Counted from the stretch's first letter, positions 1-13,858 are shown. The stretch is 44,533 bases of DNA from Azolla caroliniana (GCA_043228905.1 JBHGNT010000254.1:1-44533); one strand, 5' to 3'. Made by a program: numbers and translations. Notes: generated by a model not told the origin, from the sequence alone.

Positions 1-79
1 ACCAGTTCTAGGGCAATTTCACCCATAAAAGTAAACAAACAGCATTATTGCCCTAGACAGTAAAAGATGAAGTAAGTAC

Positions 80-1549
80 CTGCAAGCTAGGCAGTCATGC
101 AATGTCACTTTTACAGGTTCTGTGTCTAATGTTCTAACTTTTGCTCTTTCTTGTATCTGCACCAAACCATCCTGACACAGTTGACACCAATTTGAGAGGT
201 AAGAAGAATGCAAACAAAAGGATTATGTCACACAATGATAAATAATATAATATCCTATCTAGAGTGCAACTTTTAAATAAGATCACAGCATTCTTGATTG
301 AACTGAAGTGATTACAAACATTCTCCCAGCAGCAGCATTAATTCAATTCCTATTATAGGTGGTAGCCAGACACTACAAAGCCTTGTGTCCTTCGCCGAGA
401 CATTGTCTAGCTCCTGCGATGTCAAAAACCTGTAGTGATCTTCTGTTGGCCGTCAACCTATGCTTTTTAATTATCCAGTTACCAAAAACTTTACTCGGAA
501 AAAGATATCTCATTAATGAACTAAAGAAGAGTATAACAGGTATAAACACACCTACGTTCATTTGCTCCATTTGTCCTAATCATTGTTCAAATCATAAACA
601 AGCCAAAAGATTAGGCACGGAAGAATTGTACACATGCACAGAAACATGGGATATTCGAGACCAATCAATTAGACTGAAAGTTTAGAGAGAAATCTTCTTT
701 ATCATGGATTCGTGGGACAAGTTGGAGATGGATGGATAATGGAAACCATGTGCACAATTGAAGTTGCACACATGTCTGGAATACAATGAGAAACTTTGGG
801 CAGATTGAAAAAAAATATCTACAATTATATGGAAATACTAGATATCTGAAATTGTAGATCTGGATTATAATGATTTCAAGTACAATGTAATGAGTTCCTA
901 TGACTTTGAGCTATTTTCATTTATGTTGAAAGACTATGTACCTGAAATTGTGAATCTGGATTATAATGTGTTCAAGTATGACGTAGTCGGTTCCTATAAC
1001 CTATTAAGATGCAATGAGATTCTATAATTTGTAAACCTCTTGTATTAAATGCATGATTTGATGACCTAGACATATTTTCATTCCTATAATGTACATTCTT
1101 TCTTTAGTAATAATGCATAAAAACCCTACTGTAAGTATAAAAGAGGTAAGGAACTTTTTAAGATTCAAGACATTTCAAATGCAAGGTCTAAAAAAGGAAA
1201 GAGAAAAACAGTGATGGAACAAAACAAAAAGTTGTGGGTTTTTCTCAAAAAACTAAAATTTTAACAGCTGAAAGAAGAAAACATGAAAAAACCGTGTTGG
1301 TTCCTTCTCGACACTTTTCAAGAGAAGAGAACAAATAGGCGATGTAACAAAACAAACAAATTAGGGTTTTGAGAGATCGAGGTTTCTGTTTTCCAAAACA
1401 CAAAATACTTAACAGATGAAAGAAGCAGATAATGAAACCTGTGTTGGGTCCTTCTTGACTCCTTTCAGGGAGACGACGCAGGCCTGTGAAGGAGCGATGA
1501 AATCATTCAAATCGCCTAGCTTCAAAGCGGCAGAAAATCTCTCGCTCAT
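80..1549 (-). CDS. NAR1: NAR1/GOLLUM cytosolic Fe-S assembly factor ([FeFe]-hydrogenase-like), 5' part only; exon 1 1549-1439, exon 2 171-80, gene continues off the left end
   Basis: Exon 1 translates MSERFSAALKLGDLNDFIAPSQACVVSLKGVKKDPTQ|gt and exon 2 ag|DGLVQIQERAKVRTLDTEPVKVTLHDCLACS|gt. These match the plant NAR1 N-terminus (LGDLNDFIAPSQAC...VKISLxDCLACSGC), with canonical splice sites in compatible phase. Confidence 0.93.
846..1000. repeat. Degenerate tandem duplication (~96-bp period) in NAR1 intron 1
   Basis: ctgaaattgt..atctggattataatg..ttcaagta...gttcctat occurs at ~846 and ~942. Confidence 0.75.
1261..1473. repeat. Tandem duplication (~148-bp period) of the NAR1 exon 1/intron 1 junction
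   Basis: ttaacagctgaaagaag...ccgtgttggttccttctcgacacttttcaagaga (1261-1325) aligns with ttaacagatgaaagaag...cctgtgttgggtccttcttgactcctttcagggaga (1409-1473). Confidence 0.75.
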
Positions 1550-1609
1550 GTTGTTTTGGTATTTGGTTAAGGAAAGAGAAAAATGAAGACAAAAGAAGAG
1601 AAGAAGAAA

Positions 1610-1750
1610 GAGAAACAGATATCATACATACATATGTATATATATCAATATGTATGTATATACTGTTATACATATAGAAGAGGAACGAGAAAGAGATATC
1701 ATACATACATATTGATGTATGTATACATACATATATCATATGTGTGTGTG
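1610..1750. repeat. AT/TACA/GT low-complexity tract upstream of NAR1
   Basis: Runs of (TA)n, tacata and (TG)n are visible directly. Confidence 0.7.
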
Positions 1751-2580
1751 TTTTCGGGGAGGGGAGCACCTCTATTATCGTCTCAGAAATGGCCTCAGTT
1801 TGTCGATGATATGGGCCAAGGGCCAATGTCTAAGTGGCCATATGTAGTAGCATACACCGCCCGTGTGCCCCGCCAGTTGCTATCACCCCACCTATCATAA
1901 CTAATCCCTCTTGAAATGTTGGCACTGAGACCTTGACCTATCACCTGAGATAGAATATGCGCTGGCGCAAATATATGGTTTTCTCCGTTGTCGAGGTTTC
2001 GTCGAGCATCGTTAGATTGTTGCCCCTCAATGTCTCTTCTTATTTCAAGCCATAAAAATCCCAGAAAACATCGCTGATCTTCCTATTCCATTACCTTGAG
2101 CATTGCACCCAAAGTCTTATACAATGAGGTGATGGTATCTCCCTCCCTCTTGTTTCATAAAAAAATAACACGTTGAAAGAAGTGTAATAATTTTATGATT
2201 CCACATCTTGATGGCATGATTAGTATATTCATTCTTTTGTGGCTTTGCATGCATATCCTTCGGTTTCAATCGATTGTTGATGTGATGAAGCCTTGAGATG
2301 CTTGTCATGAGTAGGAAAATAGGGAGTCATAGTGAGCCATTTTCACTAATGATGCTGATTCATATCACTCTATCCTTTTCCACTCTAGTCATACCCCAAG
2401 TGTGGACGAATATTTATGTAAGTGGGAATTGGGGTTTCATATTTGTGCCATGTTATTAAAACATATATTTCATTTCATTTAATACAAGCAAAGATTGTCT
2501 GAATATCGGGGCAATTTATTTGATTACATAAGTGTCAATCTTGAGTAACATTGCTTTAAATGCTCCAAAATCCAGTGGAT

Positions 2581-2630
2581 ATGCAATCATCTAAAACAAA
2601 GTCATGCAATCATCTAAAACAAAGTCATGC
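2581..2630. repeat. 23-bp perfect tandem repeat x2
   Basis: atgcaatcatctaaaacaaagtc appears twice in a row. Confidence 0.85.
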
Positions 2631-2999
2631 ATCAATAACTATTGAGATTTCTCCCACCTCAACCCATTCTTTTGTTGCGAGGAAATGATGTTTTGCTCCT
2701 AATCATGTGACCAAAGCTAAAGGTTCCCAAACTCTCTCAAAGGTTACATGCAATGTACACCTTTGTCCCGAATTTCTACCTCATATGTACATAAGAAACG
2801 TTGTTACAAATGCATTCAATAGATCAATGTCAATTATTTTCATGTTTCTTCAAATCTTGCGTGCTCACACTGTATTTCAATGGCAATAAGGTGGTTGCAT
2901 ATCCAAAAGAATGTTGAACAAATGAAATGTGCAATAAAGAGAAGGGAGACCTTCTTAATGTTACTACTATGTAAGGGATGATATCATATGTATGTCACC

Positions 3000-3760
3000 T
3001 TTTCCTCTCTTCATAAGAATGTTGGTTTTGGTCCTACATCTCCTTGCTTGAGTGTGTTAATCATCATCATTTTAGTTTATATAAAATTACTTTAACACAT
3101 CTAGATGTATTTGTAGTCTAAGAATTGACTTTTCTCTCTTCACCTAACTAAGTGATCTTTTTGCATCTTTTACTTTCATGCAAGTGTAAAATTCCTTATT
3201 GTATAGTGTATTGGTATGCTCAAGGTCATCCTCCGTTGATGGGAAAGCTATTGAATTTTGTATGATATGTTGCCTATATTGGGATATGATTATGATTCAC
3301 AATATCAATATGTAGATAAACCATAAAACCCATAGTTGGGGCTCTACATGTGTAGTCATTTACTGGCTTGTGGTGGGAGTAGGAGTGATGGGGCAAAAGA
3401 ATGTTATGATTGTTCTTTATTCATAGGCTTGTGTGGTTTTATTGTCGTCCTTCAACAACTTCTCCCAACATGTCTTCAATTCTAATAACAATCCCAAGCA
3501 CCATTAACTCTCTCTTATTCCATTACTTTTCAAAATGGGCCAAAACATTCGTTAAAGAGGCAATGATTTATCCACCTTTTTTCAATGAAAACAATATAGT
3601 GACAATTATAGCGTTCATATATTCTACTCCTTGATGACACAATTCACATATTCTTTCTTCTAATATTGTGTGTGCATTTAAGCGTACCTCGATCTCTAAC
3701 TTATGTGAAGAGATGCACAATTGCTCTATCACAGTAGAGAACACACGCAATAGATGTGTA
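3000..3760 (-). mobile_element. Decayed non-LTR retrotransposon (LINE) ORF2 C-terminal remnant; boundaries approximate
   Basis: The minus-strand peptide QLCISSHKLEIEVRLNAHTILEERICELCH resembles the LINE C-terminal motif LRxSSHxLxIETGR...xxEERICxLC. The surrounding sequence is full of stops. Confidence 0.55.
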
Positions 3761-4399
3761 TCTACATAATAGGGACTAATGACGAAATTGTTAAATTATA
3801 ATGTACGTGTATGGTAATGGCTACACACGTCTATGTTATCACAACCTTTAGTATTGGCTATTTATATAAATAGCCAAAAGGGTTAAATTAACCCTAAGTT
3901 GTAAAATCAAAATATTGTGAGTAGAATGCATTTCTTTTGTGAAACATTATTAGAACATATCGGATATTGATTTATTACTTGCTCTATTTCAAGGTATGTT
4001 TAGATGCATACTTCTACTATGTGGGCTTCTATAACTAGGGTTATTACCCTCCTTGCTCATAGAGAGCCTTCTCACAAGTCGACATTGGTTTCCCACCACT
4101 GTAGTTGTGAATAAATTTTGAGTTTTTGAGGTATCGGGGCCCGGTTAGGCATGCAGAATGCCTTCGAATTTGAGACGCAAAGGCATATGAAGGTGTACAA
4201 AGTCTCGATTGGGAGATCTCAAGGTTCGACTTTTGAGTTATCGGGTGCCAGTTTTCCTTCTCGTAATTAATCGGAGTGTGTTTGTGTGTGTGTGTGTTCA
4301 CACACATGACCGATGATGTGTTGTGCTGGCTCATGAGAAGCACCGTGTGAAACCTCAAAGGAGAATATACTAAAAAATCTCTTGAATATTCACCTGGAT

Positions 4400-4484
4400 A
4401 TTCACACTTCTCTCTGTTTCTCTGCCAGATAAGACGCAGGATGTAGGGGTTTAGGGTTTTGATCTACACAATTCGACCTCCCTG
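4400..4484 (+). promoter_or_regulatory. Probable first, non-coding exon of AK6 with telo-box; donor gtaagt at 4485
   Basis: CT-rich start, TTTAGGGTTT telo-box at ~4450 and a perfect donor ctg|gtaagt. The AK6 coding exon begins with an acceptor (ttcttcttcag at 7341) that needs an upstream donor. The pairing is inferred. Confidence 0.5.
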
Positions 4485-5029
4485 GTAAGTCCTCCTGTTG
4501 CTTATATATCTGTGTATATATAGATAGAGAGACGAATTCTGAAAGACGGTTTTTGTTGATATGTTGATGCAAGTACGATAGAGAGATTTTCCATGTGAAT
4601 GACGTACGTAAATAAGTGCATTATAAATCAACAGAAACTGGATACTTTACGTTACTAACTAGGCCTAATTTTTTATTTATTTTTAATGCTTGAAACAATT
4701 AGGAAACTAGGGGGTGAGAAGACCATAAATTCATAGGAATTTGGTAGGAAATTTATATGATTGTGTTTTGTTTCCTTTATACATATTTCCAACGGGAAGT
4801 TCGAAAGGTTGAAAAACATTTTGGTGAAAGATTTTTTTATTTCTTCCCAAACAAGATCCATGATTTCCATGCTAATATTACGTTATACATTGCAATATTT
4901 GGCAAACCTTTGCAAATAGGACCCTTACAAAGTGAGAAACAGAATCTAACTAACTAAAGAACAGAGGAAGAAGCTCACATAAGCTTGAAATCTTATCTTA
5001 AGTTTATATATATTTTCAGATCGTAGTCC

Positions 5030-5570
5030 TCCAGGACTGATTGGTCAATGTCTGGTATATTGATTCCGAAGTCTTATGTGTATGTGTCAGAGCAAGTATA
5101 GAGCACTCCCATTCATCACAGAAACCTGTAAGAGCATTCTCCCAAGCTATATTTGGGGAAACCAACCCAAGTAGATGTTTGCATTGCAGCCAAAGATTTT
5201 CTGCTGCGTCAACAATGATTTTCTACCCAGTCTCAAAACAAGCCAGAATAATCCCACATTTTCCCTAATGCATTCACATCAATGGGGATTTCTGTTGTTC
5301 CGGTCTTTGCATGCTAGGTTTGGCCTGGATTTCTGTTTCAACATCATGTAGAAGTAGTTTTCACCTTGATAATAGGATGTTTGTGGAGTATATGAGCTTG
5401 TATGTTTGTTTGCATACCGTGATTGACAAAGCCAAGAAAGACCAAACAAAAAGCCTTTGATATTCGGCCCATGAGATGTAGATCTTTGGGGGCCAATGAT
5501 TTTGTGCCTCGCCAGCATGGATAGATACATTAGAATCTGAAGTTTTTGAAAGCTGAAAGATTCAATAATT
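5030..5570 (-). mobile_element. Possible decayed L1-type LINE zf-RVT remnant
   Basis: Minus-strand fragments PNIKGFLF... and AAENLWLQCKHLLGLVSPNIAWENALTG loosely resemble the L1 ORF2 zf-RVT region. The signal is weak. Confidence 0.3.
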
Positions 5571-5589
5571 TTTTGTTTGTTTATTTTAA

Positions 5590-6230
5590 CAAAGGAAAAC
5601 CAAGTGAGAAATTTTATAGGTACTTTGAAGCTCGGAGATTTGAATGATATCATTGCCCCTTTACAAGCCTGCATTGTCTCTTTGAAGGCATTTAGGATCC
5701 ACCAACACAGGTTTTTATCTCTTCTTCTTTTATCTGTTAGTTTTTTTGGGGGGAAAAACCCCTAATTTCCTGAAGCCGTAACTTTTTGTTTTGTGTTGTT
5801 ACCTATTCATGCTTTTCATTTTGGAAAACCTAAAATTGGAAACACATTAAATCCTACACAACGCTAGTTTTGTTTTGGCCTTGTGGTGGGGTTTTGATAT
5901 ATTATTGATCAAGCCAGAGTTGCATTAGACATGAGTATTACACGAATAACAATCAAGTTCAAAATAAGAAATAAAAAGTGCTCTAGGTAATAGGAGAGCT
6001 CATTACATCAAATTGGAATCATTATTTAGTTGTAAATTGTTTTGGCTATGTGCTAGCTATTTCTCAATTTTGGCGAAGTAGATGGATTCTGTTATCCATC
6101 CATCCATCTCCAATTGGTTTCATGAGTATTCAAGAAAGAAGATTTCTTCTTAGACTCTTAACCCATTTTATTTGTGTCTTTGTTCCCAGCTTTCATGCAC
6201 ATACACAATACCGTTTCATCTAATATTTGT
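5590..6230 (+). pseudogene. Inverted decayed duplicate of NAR1 exon 1 plus parts of intron 1
   Basis: Translates ...TLKLGDLNDIIAPLQACIVSLKA with no ATG, followed by accaacacag|gttttt. 6090-6230 aligns with the reverse complement of NAR1 intron ~600-745 (ttatccatccatctccaa...aaagaagatttct). Confidence 0.85.
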
Positions 6231-6264
6231 GTATGTTTAACGTCATTCTCGTTAATGGGCAGAC

Positions 6265-7330
6265 TGTCAGAGGGTGATAGACCCAGAACTAATTTCTTCC
6301 TTCTAAACACTCTCTACATGTTTTTTTCTCTCTATTCACTTTATTCCAATATGTATTTCATTTGTCTTCTCGCCACTACTCCTCTACTTTAACTGATTAT
6401 GCTCCAAGGCATATTTATTACCTCTCATAAATGCATTTATTACAATCCTACTATCATTTTTGTATTCAAAGGAATCTGAGTCTCACTAGGAAATACAATT
6501 CCCGTTTTGGGTGTTTTTTTTCTATTGTTGCTAGCCTTTTTGGCACCTCAGTACTGTTCTTAATAATTTTCTCATATGGCATCAGAGTGATAAGGTCTCC
6601 ATAACCTCACTAATTTATTTTTTCTCCCATCTTTCTTTGAGTGGCCAACAATCTGCGTTACTTTTTGTCCAATTCCATTCTTCCCACTGTTCCAAGGAGG
6701 CTCTCCAAATAGCCATATTTAGTGCCAGTTATACTATCATTTAATGTGGAGTAGGCAGCCCTTGTGCACCTAGTCACAAAAAACTGTTTATAGCTTCCAA
6801 GGAGGGATTCCATGACTTCCGATGACACTATTCTATTTTCCACCATCCCTCAACTTGCAAAAGAGTCTATTCTAGATGGAACCAACTATCTACATTGGGA
6901 ATTGTAGATGATGAGCGTGTTGCAATACCATTGTTTGGGGAATATTGTTAAAGGGGCCGACCTTAATCCTAAGGCTACTTTTCTTTTTCATTTTCAACAC
7001 CCACACAAGCTACCATTGAGTCTTGGTTTGTCAAAGATGGTCGTGCTTATGCTTTCATGATCTTCAACATGAAGCCTCAAGTTGTTACATTCTCACCAAA
7101 ACAATTCTGTTCGCCAAATCATTTTATGGACATAGTTTTTGTTTTGATGGTTGATATCGAGACTTGGGATTGAGATATGCAAGTTTAAGAAAAACGAGGT
7201 GATCATTGCATTGGAAATCCTTAGGAAACCTAAGGCTATACACTTTGATAGAAAGAAAGAAAAAGAAATATTAATGTCTTTAAGAGGCCAAAATGATGTG
7301 TAGGACCAAAGAGGAGAGAATTTTAGAGAG
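6265..7330 (+). mobile_element. Truncated Ty1/Copia element: putative 5' LTR ~6265-6574 (TG...CA), PBS ~6577-6588, decayed gag
   Basis: tggcatcagag follows ...ctca and is one mismatch from the tRNA-iMet PBS TGGTATCAGAG. Downstream reads ILDGTNYLHWEL*MMSVLQYHCLGNIVKG, the Copia gag N-terminal LDGxNYxxW motif. The LTR start is tentative. Confidence 0.7.
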
Positions 7331-7372
7331 TTCTTCTTCAGGAGCAAGGTGAACGAAAGCATTGAAAACAGA

Positions 7373-8650
<1,278 letters not shown>

Positions 8651-10384
8651 AAGTGAAAATCAATATCCAGTACAAAATTTTGAATTTCAGATACCTAAGA
8701 CATCTTGTAAAATTTCCCTATATATATATACTACGAGATTCTGTTTGAATCGTCTTATTATAGTAAAAAGGTTTTCGGCTTTAGCATTGAGTGAGCATTA
8801 AGTATCTTGATGGTGGCATTTTCCATTTAAGGTAGATTTGCGGTTTGGGTATTTAGTTACTTATCATTGATGTATGTTTCTTTTTTATCCATCTCTCACT
8901 CTTATTTGCTTACACTTAAATGATTAAGTCTTGACCTTTTGATGATATTCATGTGTCAAAGAACCATGGGATTGTGAATTAGGACATTATCTCATTAGCC
9001 ATGATAATCAAATATGGATGGCTGTCTTTGATTGATGCCAAAGAGGCGTACATTTTGTCCAATGTGAAAATGCATATAACTTATAACCAATGCAAACCTT
9101 ATAAGAAAATGGCGGCTGTTTTGGGGATAGGAAAATAAATATTATTTATGGTGACAACCTTCTATTTACTTGTGGTCCCTTGTCGCATAACATTTCTTAC
9201 ATTACATTTGCATCAAAAGAATGTTTTCTTATTTAAATAATTTAGCATGTCATAAGAAAAATCTTTGCTTCCTCCTTGCCATGAATCTTTCAATGTTACT
9301 AGTCAATCTATTATCAAGCTCTTGGTACTGTGGTAAGTTGAATGTATTTGGTTTCTTCAATCTAGATTCATAAACTTTATGGCAAGGATGCATGCATGAT
9401 ATAACTAGGACCCTTAAGTGCCAGAGTCAAAATCCCTAAACGATCTATGTTACTTTGAACTAAGCTACAAGTGGCGTCTCGGACATACGTTATTTGCTTA
9501 TTGGAGTGTGCATGGGTATTTTCTAAAGCTGATTCAAGGAAAAAATAGAATGGTGACAAGTACAATAGTTACTACATCGAAGGTTTCTTGTTTCCCCTTT
9601 GTTTTGGGGAGTTGTTTTTCGACGAACTTTATGTTTACAAGGGTATGGTTGGAGTTGACATCAAAGCTCACTTAAAAGCATAATGATCTTAGACAAGTGA
9701 GTACCAAGTGCCAAACCAATTGCATAGGGCAACAGTTGTGCACCATGGGCCATAAGTAGAGGAACCCAAAACTGATAATTAGAATTGCGAAGATAGTTAG
9801 GTGGAATAATTATAAAGGATCAAACTTATAAGATTTATAACTTTGATGGTGTTTTTGGAGAGCTTCCCATAACTTCATGCATGAATAGGGAACCTATTGA
9901 CATTTGACAAACACAACATCAATTATTTGGAGGAAAAAGGTAACCAAATTGCAGGGATCAATTTTGTTCAACCTCCTACTTCTTATGCCATTTTCTCGTA
10001 TATTGTTTTCATGCAAGCCAAGCAAAAAAATGGGAAAGAAAACCTATCCAAAACAAGTACCATTTGCTAAGAAAAGCTTGGCCGAGGGAGCAAATAGTTT
10101 GGGCCGCCCTCCCCGTATGAAGTGTGTATGATATTTCCTTGAGATGTTTCTAATCCTTTCATGGGCAAAGAGGAAACTCGAATGTCTGAAGAAGGTGACG
10201 AGATCCTGTGGACACCAAGCAATACTACGAGAGAGCAAAAGACAAGGGCCGAGAAGGTGAGGCCGGGAAGTATTATCTGAATAATTAGTCTCTCTTCATG
10301 TAGCCAGAATTCGAAGCCATTTCTATTACACACATATAAATGTCAACAGTGCGTGTGAAACCTCAGAGTCGGTTCTCACACACA

Positions 10385-10389
<5 letters not shown>

Positions 10390-10418
<29 letters not shown>
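10390..10418. repeat. (CT)n microsatellite in the PAM16 5' region
   Basis: Direct observation. A TATA-like catataaa (~10333) and a site II TGGGCC (~10100) lie upstream. Confidence 0.85.
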
Positions 10419-10422
<4 letters not shown>

Positions 10423-10480
10423 GAGATTTGTCCTCTGCAAGAATAAAAGCAAGGCTTTTCACCAGCAGATTTCAGCTTCC

Positions 10481-12014
10481 ATGGTAAGCCCTGTTTCTGC
10501 CTCCTTTTTGAGAGATAGGAAGGAAAGAAGAGCCAATTTGATCCGTAGTTGGAGATGGCTGTCGTGACTTTTTAATCAGTTCTCGTGTGCTTTTATAGTT
10601 CGACACTGTAGTTTAGGAGAAATGGTATATGGTGTAGCAAAGATGTATTAGGAATTTGAACCCAAGATCTTGTGATGGATATCTCCAATAGGTTACCACT
10701 AGGGTTACTCCATTAGAGACAGGGAGGGTGAGTGGTAGACTTGTTTGATTCTCGAATTGGTCGTTGATACGTTTTGTTCCAAATATAAGTTTTGCTTTGA
10801 TTCTAATCGTTGGATATTCTAGCACTTTTTTTTGCCAGTAAGGGATTTTTCTTATTACAATAAAGGCAAAACAACACGAAAATAAGAGGAAGAACTCACA
10901 TAATTGGGGGGCTATGTTTACCTAAACTTTTTACGTGTGAATGAAGACTATATAAGATCACTTTGTATATTTGCTTGAGAAGGATTTTCGTATATGATAT
11001 TTTTTTACTTTTAATCATAAGTTCTATGACCACATTTAGAGAGGTAATGATGACAAAGCTATTCAACTGGAAATTATGAAAGAAATAACTTTGGATTTTG
11101 AGGACCAACACGATGGATGACAATGCTATGTAGCACAATTCCTCTATTTACATTAGGGATACAGAGGTCGGAACATTCTTGAAGATAATGTAACTGGTGA
11201 CATTATTATTGAAAAGTCTAGGTACAAACTAAGCCTTACAATTCACTTGTTTTTAGATATGCTCCTCTGTCTTCTGGTATATAATGATGTCTCTTTGTCG
11301 TTCCGTTGAAATGAAATACTAACTGTCCTGAAAGATATCAATGATGCAGGCTGGCAAAATTATTGCAAATTTAATCGTCTTGGGATCAGGAGTGCTTCTA
11401 AGAGCCTTTTCACAAGCCTATAGGCAAGCAATTGCCAGTAAGTAAGAATCACACATTATATATATTTTATGTTCGAGAGTTATATAAAGAATTTGCAGAT
11501 TTGTTCCATGAAAATCTCTAAATCTCATTATAAAAGATCACATTATTGATCACTTGTCTATTTGCAATTTTTTTAACCATTCAAGATGCATCAAAGACTG
11601 GTGTGGCACAAGAAACATTGCAAAATTTAGGAGCTAAGTCAAGCAAGGTGATGACAGAGCAGGAAGCCAGAATGATTTTGGGAATCAATGAAAATACTTC
11701 AGTTGAGGAAATGTTACAGGTAATTAGAAGCAATAATAAATTTGGGTACTTCAGTGGAAGAAATGTTACAGGAATTAGATTCTAGTAATGAGATTAGTTT
11801 CGTTGTGTTTAGGTTTTAGAAGAGATGGGCTATGTATTGTTTTATCTTTTGCTAAATGCTTGAATCTTTATTGTTCAAATTTGCATTCCAGAGGTATGAA
11901 AACTTGTTTGAGAGGAATGCAAAATCTGGCAGTTTCTATTTGCAATCAAAAGTGCAAAGGGCAAAGGAATGCTTAGACACTGCCTATCGATTGAAAGAAA
12001 GCCAGAAAACCTAA
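10481..12014 (+). CDS. PAM16: Mitochondrial import motor subunit PAM16/TIM16; exons 10481-10483, 11350-11437, 11586-11719, 11892-12014
   Basis: Spliced product M|AGKIIANLIVLGSGVLLRAFSQAYRQAIAN|ASKTGVAQE...MTEQEARMILG...|RYENLFERNAKSGSFYLQSKVQRAKECL matches plant PAM16. The first coding exon is ATG only. Confidence 0.96.
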
Positions 12015-12512
12015 TCTAATGGAATTTGTTTTATTGGAAGATCAATTTTTACAATCAATGGATCAATTTAAAGTCCAATTTAATAATATGAAGTACAACA
12101 TCAAGTGATGAGTCTTAATGAGGATGGAATCTGCATGTTTCTGGTTAAATGAGAAATGGATCGGTGATAACCCCACCTTAAATGGCAGTTGCAAGAGAGG
12201 ATTTGGCAGTCTTGACTCAAATTTTGCCTGGAAGTCATATGGTATAAACCATTGTATTTTGTATAGTACCTATTTGTGAAGATAATTCTCTTAGAGATAA
12301 CCTTTTCCATGAGTTTAGCTGAGCTACAATGAAATAAATCCTTTGTTTGGGTGTTAATTTGATTGTTTGGGTCACTATACAACTCTTGTGTCCAGAAGAA
12401 AGAAGAGTGTTTTCTGGTTGAATCAGCTAAACGCGGCATGGAATATGATGTAATTAGGTTTATTTAATGTTTTATTATTGTGTATGTGTTGCTTTTTGTC
12501 TTATATGTTATA

Positions 12513-12563
12513 TAATTTAAGTTGTCAATATACACTTGATATGGTTATTGACAACTTAAATTA
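12513..12563. repeat. Perfect 18-bp inverted repeat with 15-nt spacer
   Basis: taatttaagttgtcaata (12513-12530) and tattgacaacttaaatta (12546-12563). Confidence 0.9.
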
Positions 12564-13858
12564 ACTGAATGACAACTGTAATCGATAACCAAGATTAAAG
12601 AGGTATAGGTATTAGAAAGGGGACTAATTCATATTTTCATATTCCAGCTCATAGATACATTAACCTATTTATTCTAACAAGCAAAAGAGCTTGTTATGGT
12701 ATGATGAAGGATTGTAGATTCTGCATTATAAAAGAATTGCCTTTTGTTCTTGGGAGTAATAAAGTTTCCCATTATACAGAAATCCATTGTGTGGCATCTG
12801 ATGTTTTGATTCAGTCCTTTTACAGAATCTTTGGTTAATACAAAGAAGCAAGCATCCATACCAGTCACCTGATTAAGAAATATTGGCTTTGACCAGATTC
12901 TTCACATTGGTCATATAAAAAAAGGCAAAGTTGAAATCTAGAAATCTATGGGATATAGATTAGTTTAAATCTTTCAGAGAACCATGGTAATCATTCCCTT
13001 TCTTCTAACTTCCATCTTACCAGTAAGAACTGCAACACTTGATTGGATTTCAGCAGTATCAAAGTAATAAAGCTTGAAATAATGTTATTTGTATTGATTC
13101 AAGTGAGAAAAAAACTTCCATAATCAATAATGCTTTTGTAATATATACTTCAACATCTATCTGATACTTTGGGTGCAAGGTCTTAACATTTCTATCAAAA
13201 TATTCATGATACTCACAAAATTGACTCTTAACTTCACAATTTCTCCTTCAATGATAGCCATGAGACAAAAGCCTTGAAATCAACCACCAAATCTTGGAAA
13301 CCCAATTGACCGCAGAATCAATTCTCAATAGTTGTTTTCTTCATTCCATTTTAAAGAGAACATGCAAGTGAACAGGGTACCACAATGAGGGTAGAGACTA
13401 CGAAGTATATCCATCATACCATCATTGCCCCAAGTAAACTGCTGCTTTTTTCTTTTGTATTATGTCTCGAATCTCTCATTATTATGTGCTAATATAATGT
13501 TATATTGCAATTACCACGCACATGAACATCAGCCAATTAACCCTTTTGACGAACTATTTTGCATGTGATACACCTGGAACCTATCAAATTCTGTGAACAT
13601 GCGTCATAAAGAGAACCAAAGAAAACATTCAGGCATCAGATTTGCAAATATAACCAGGGAGTATGTGCATCACCTTGCCTCACTATTGGAGTATGTGTAT
13701 CACCTTGCCTTGGTATTGGAAAAAGTTCATACACATTCACTTGTGGCACTTTACATGAAAGTTTTAATGCATCTTTAATGCTCTGATGGTTCTATGCATG
13801 TTTAACAAGGGAGCTAGGTTTTTACTGTATCTAAACTCATATTATGCACTTGACACGA

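Noticed and set aside
11040-11335. Intronic C/D snoRNA in PAM16 intron 1
   Set aside because: ATGATGA and CTGA-like boxes occur, but without convincing spacing, a terminal stem with a D box, or a recognisable rRNA guide.
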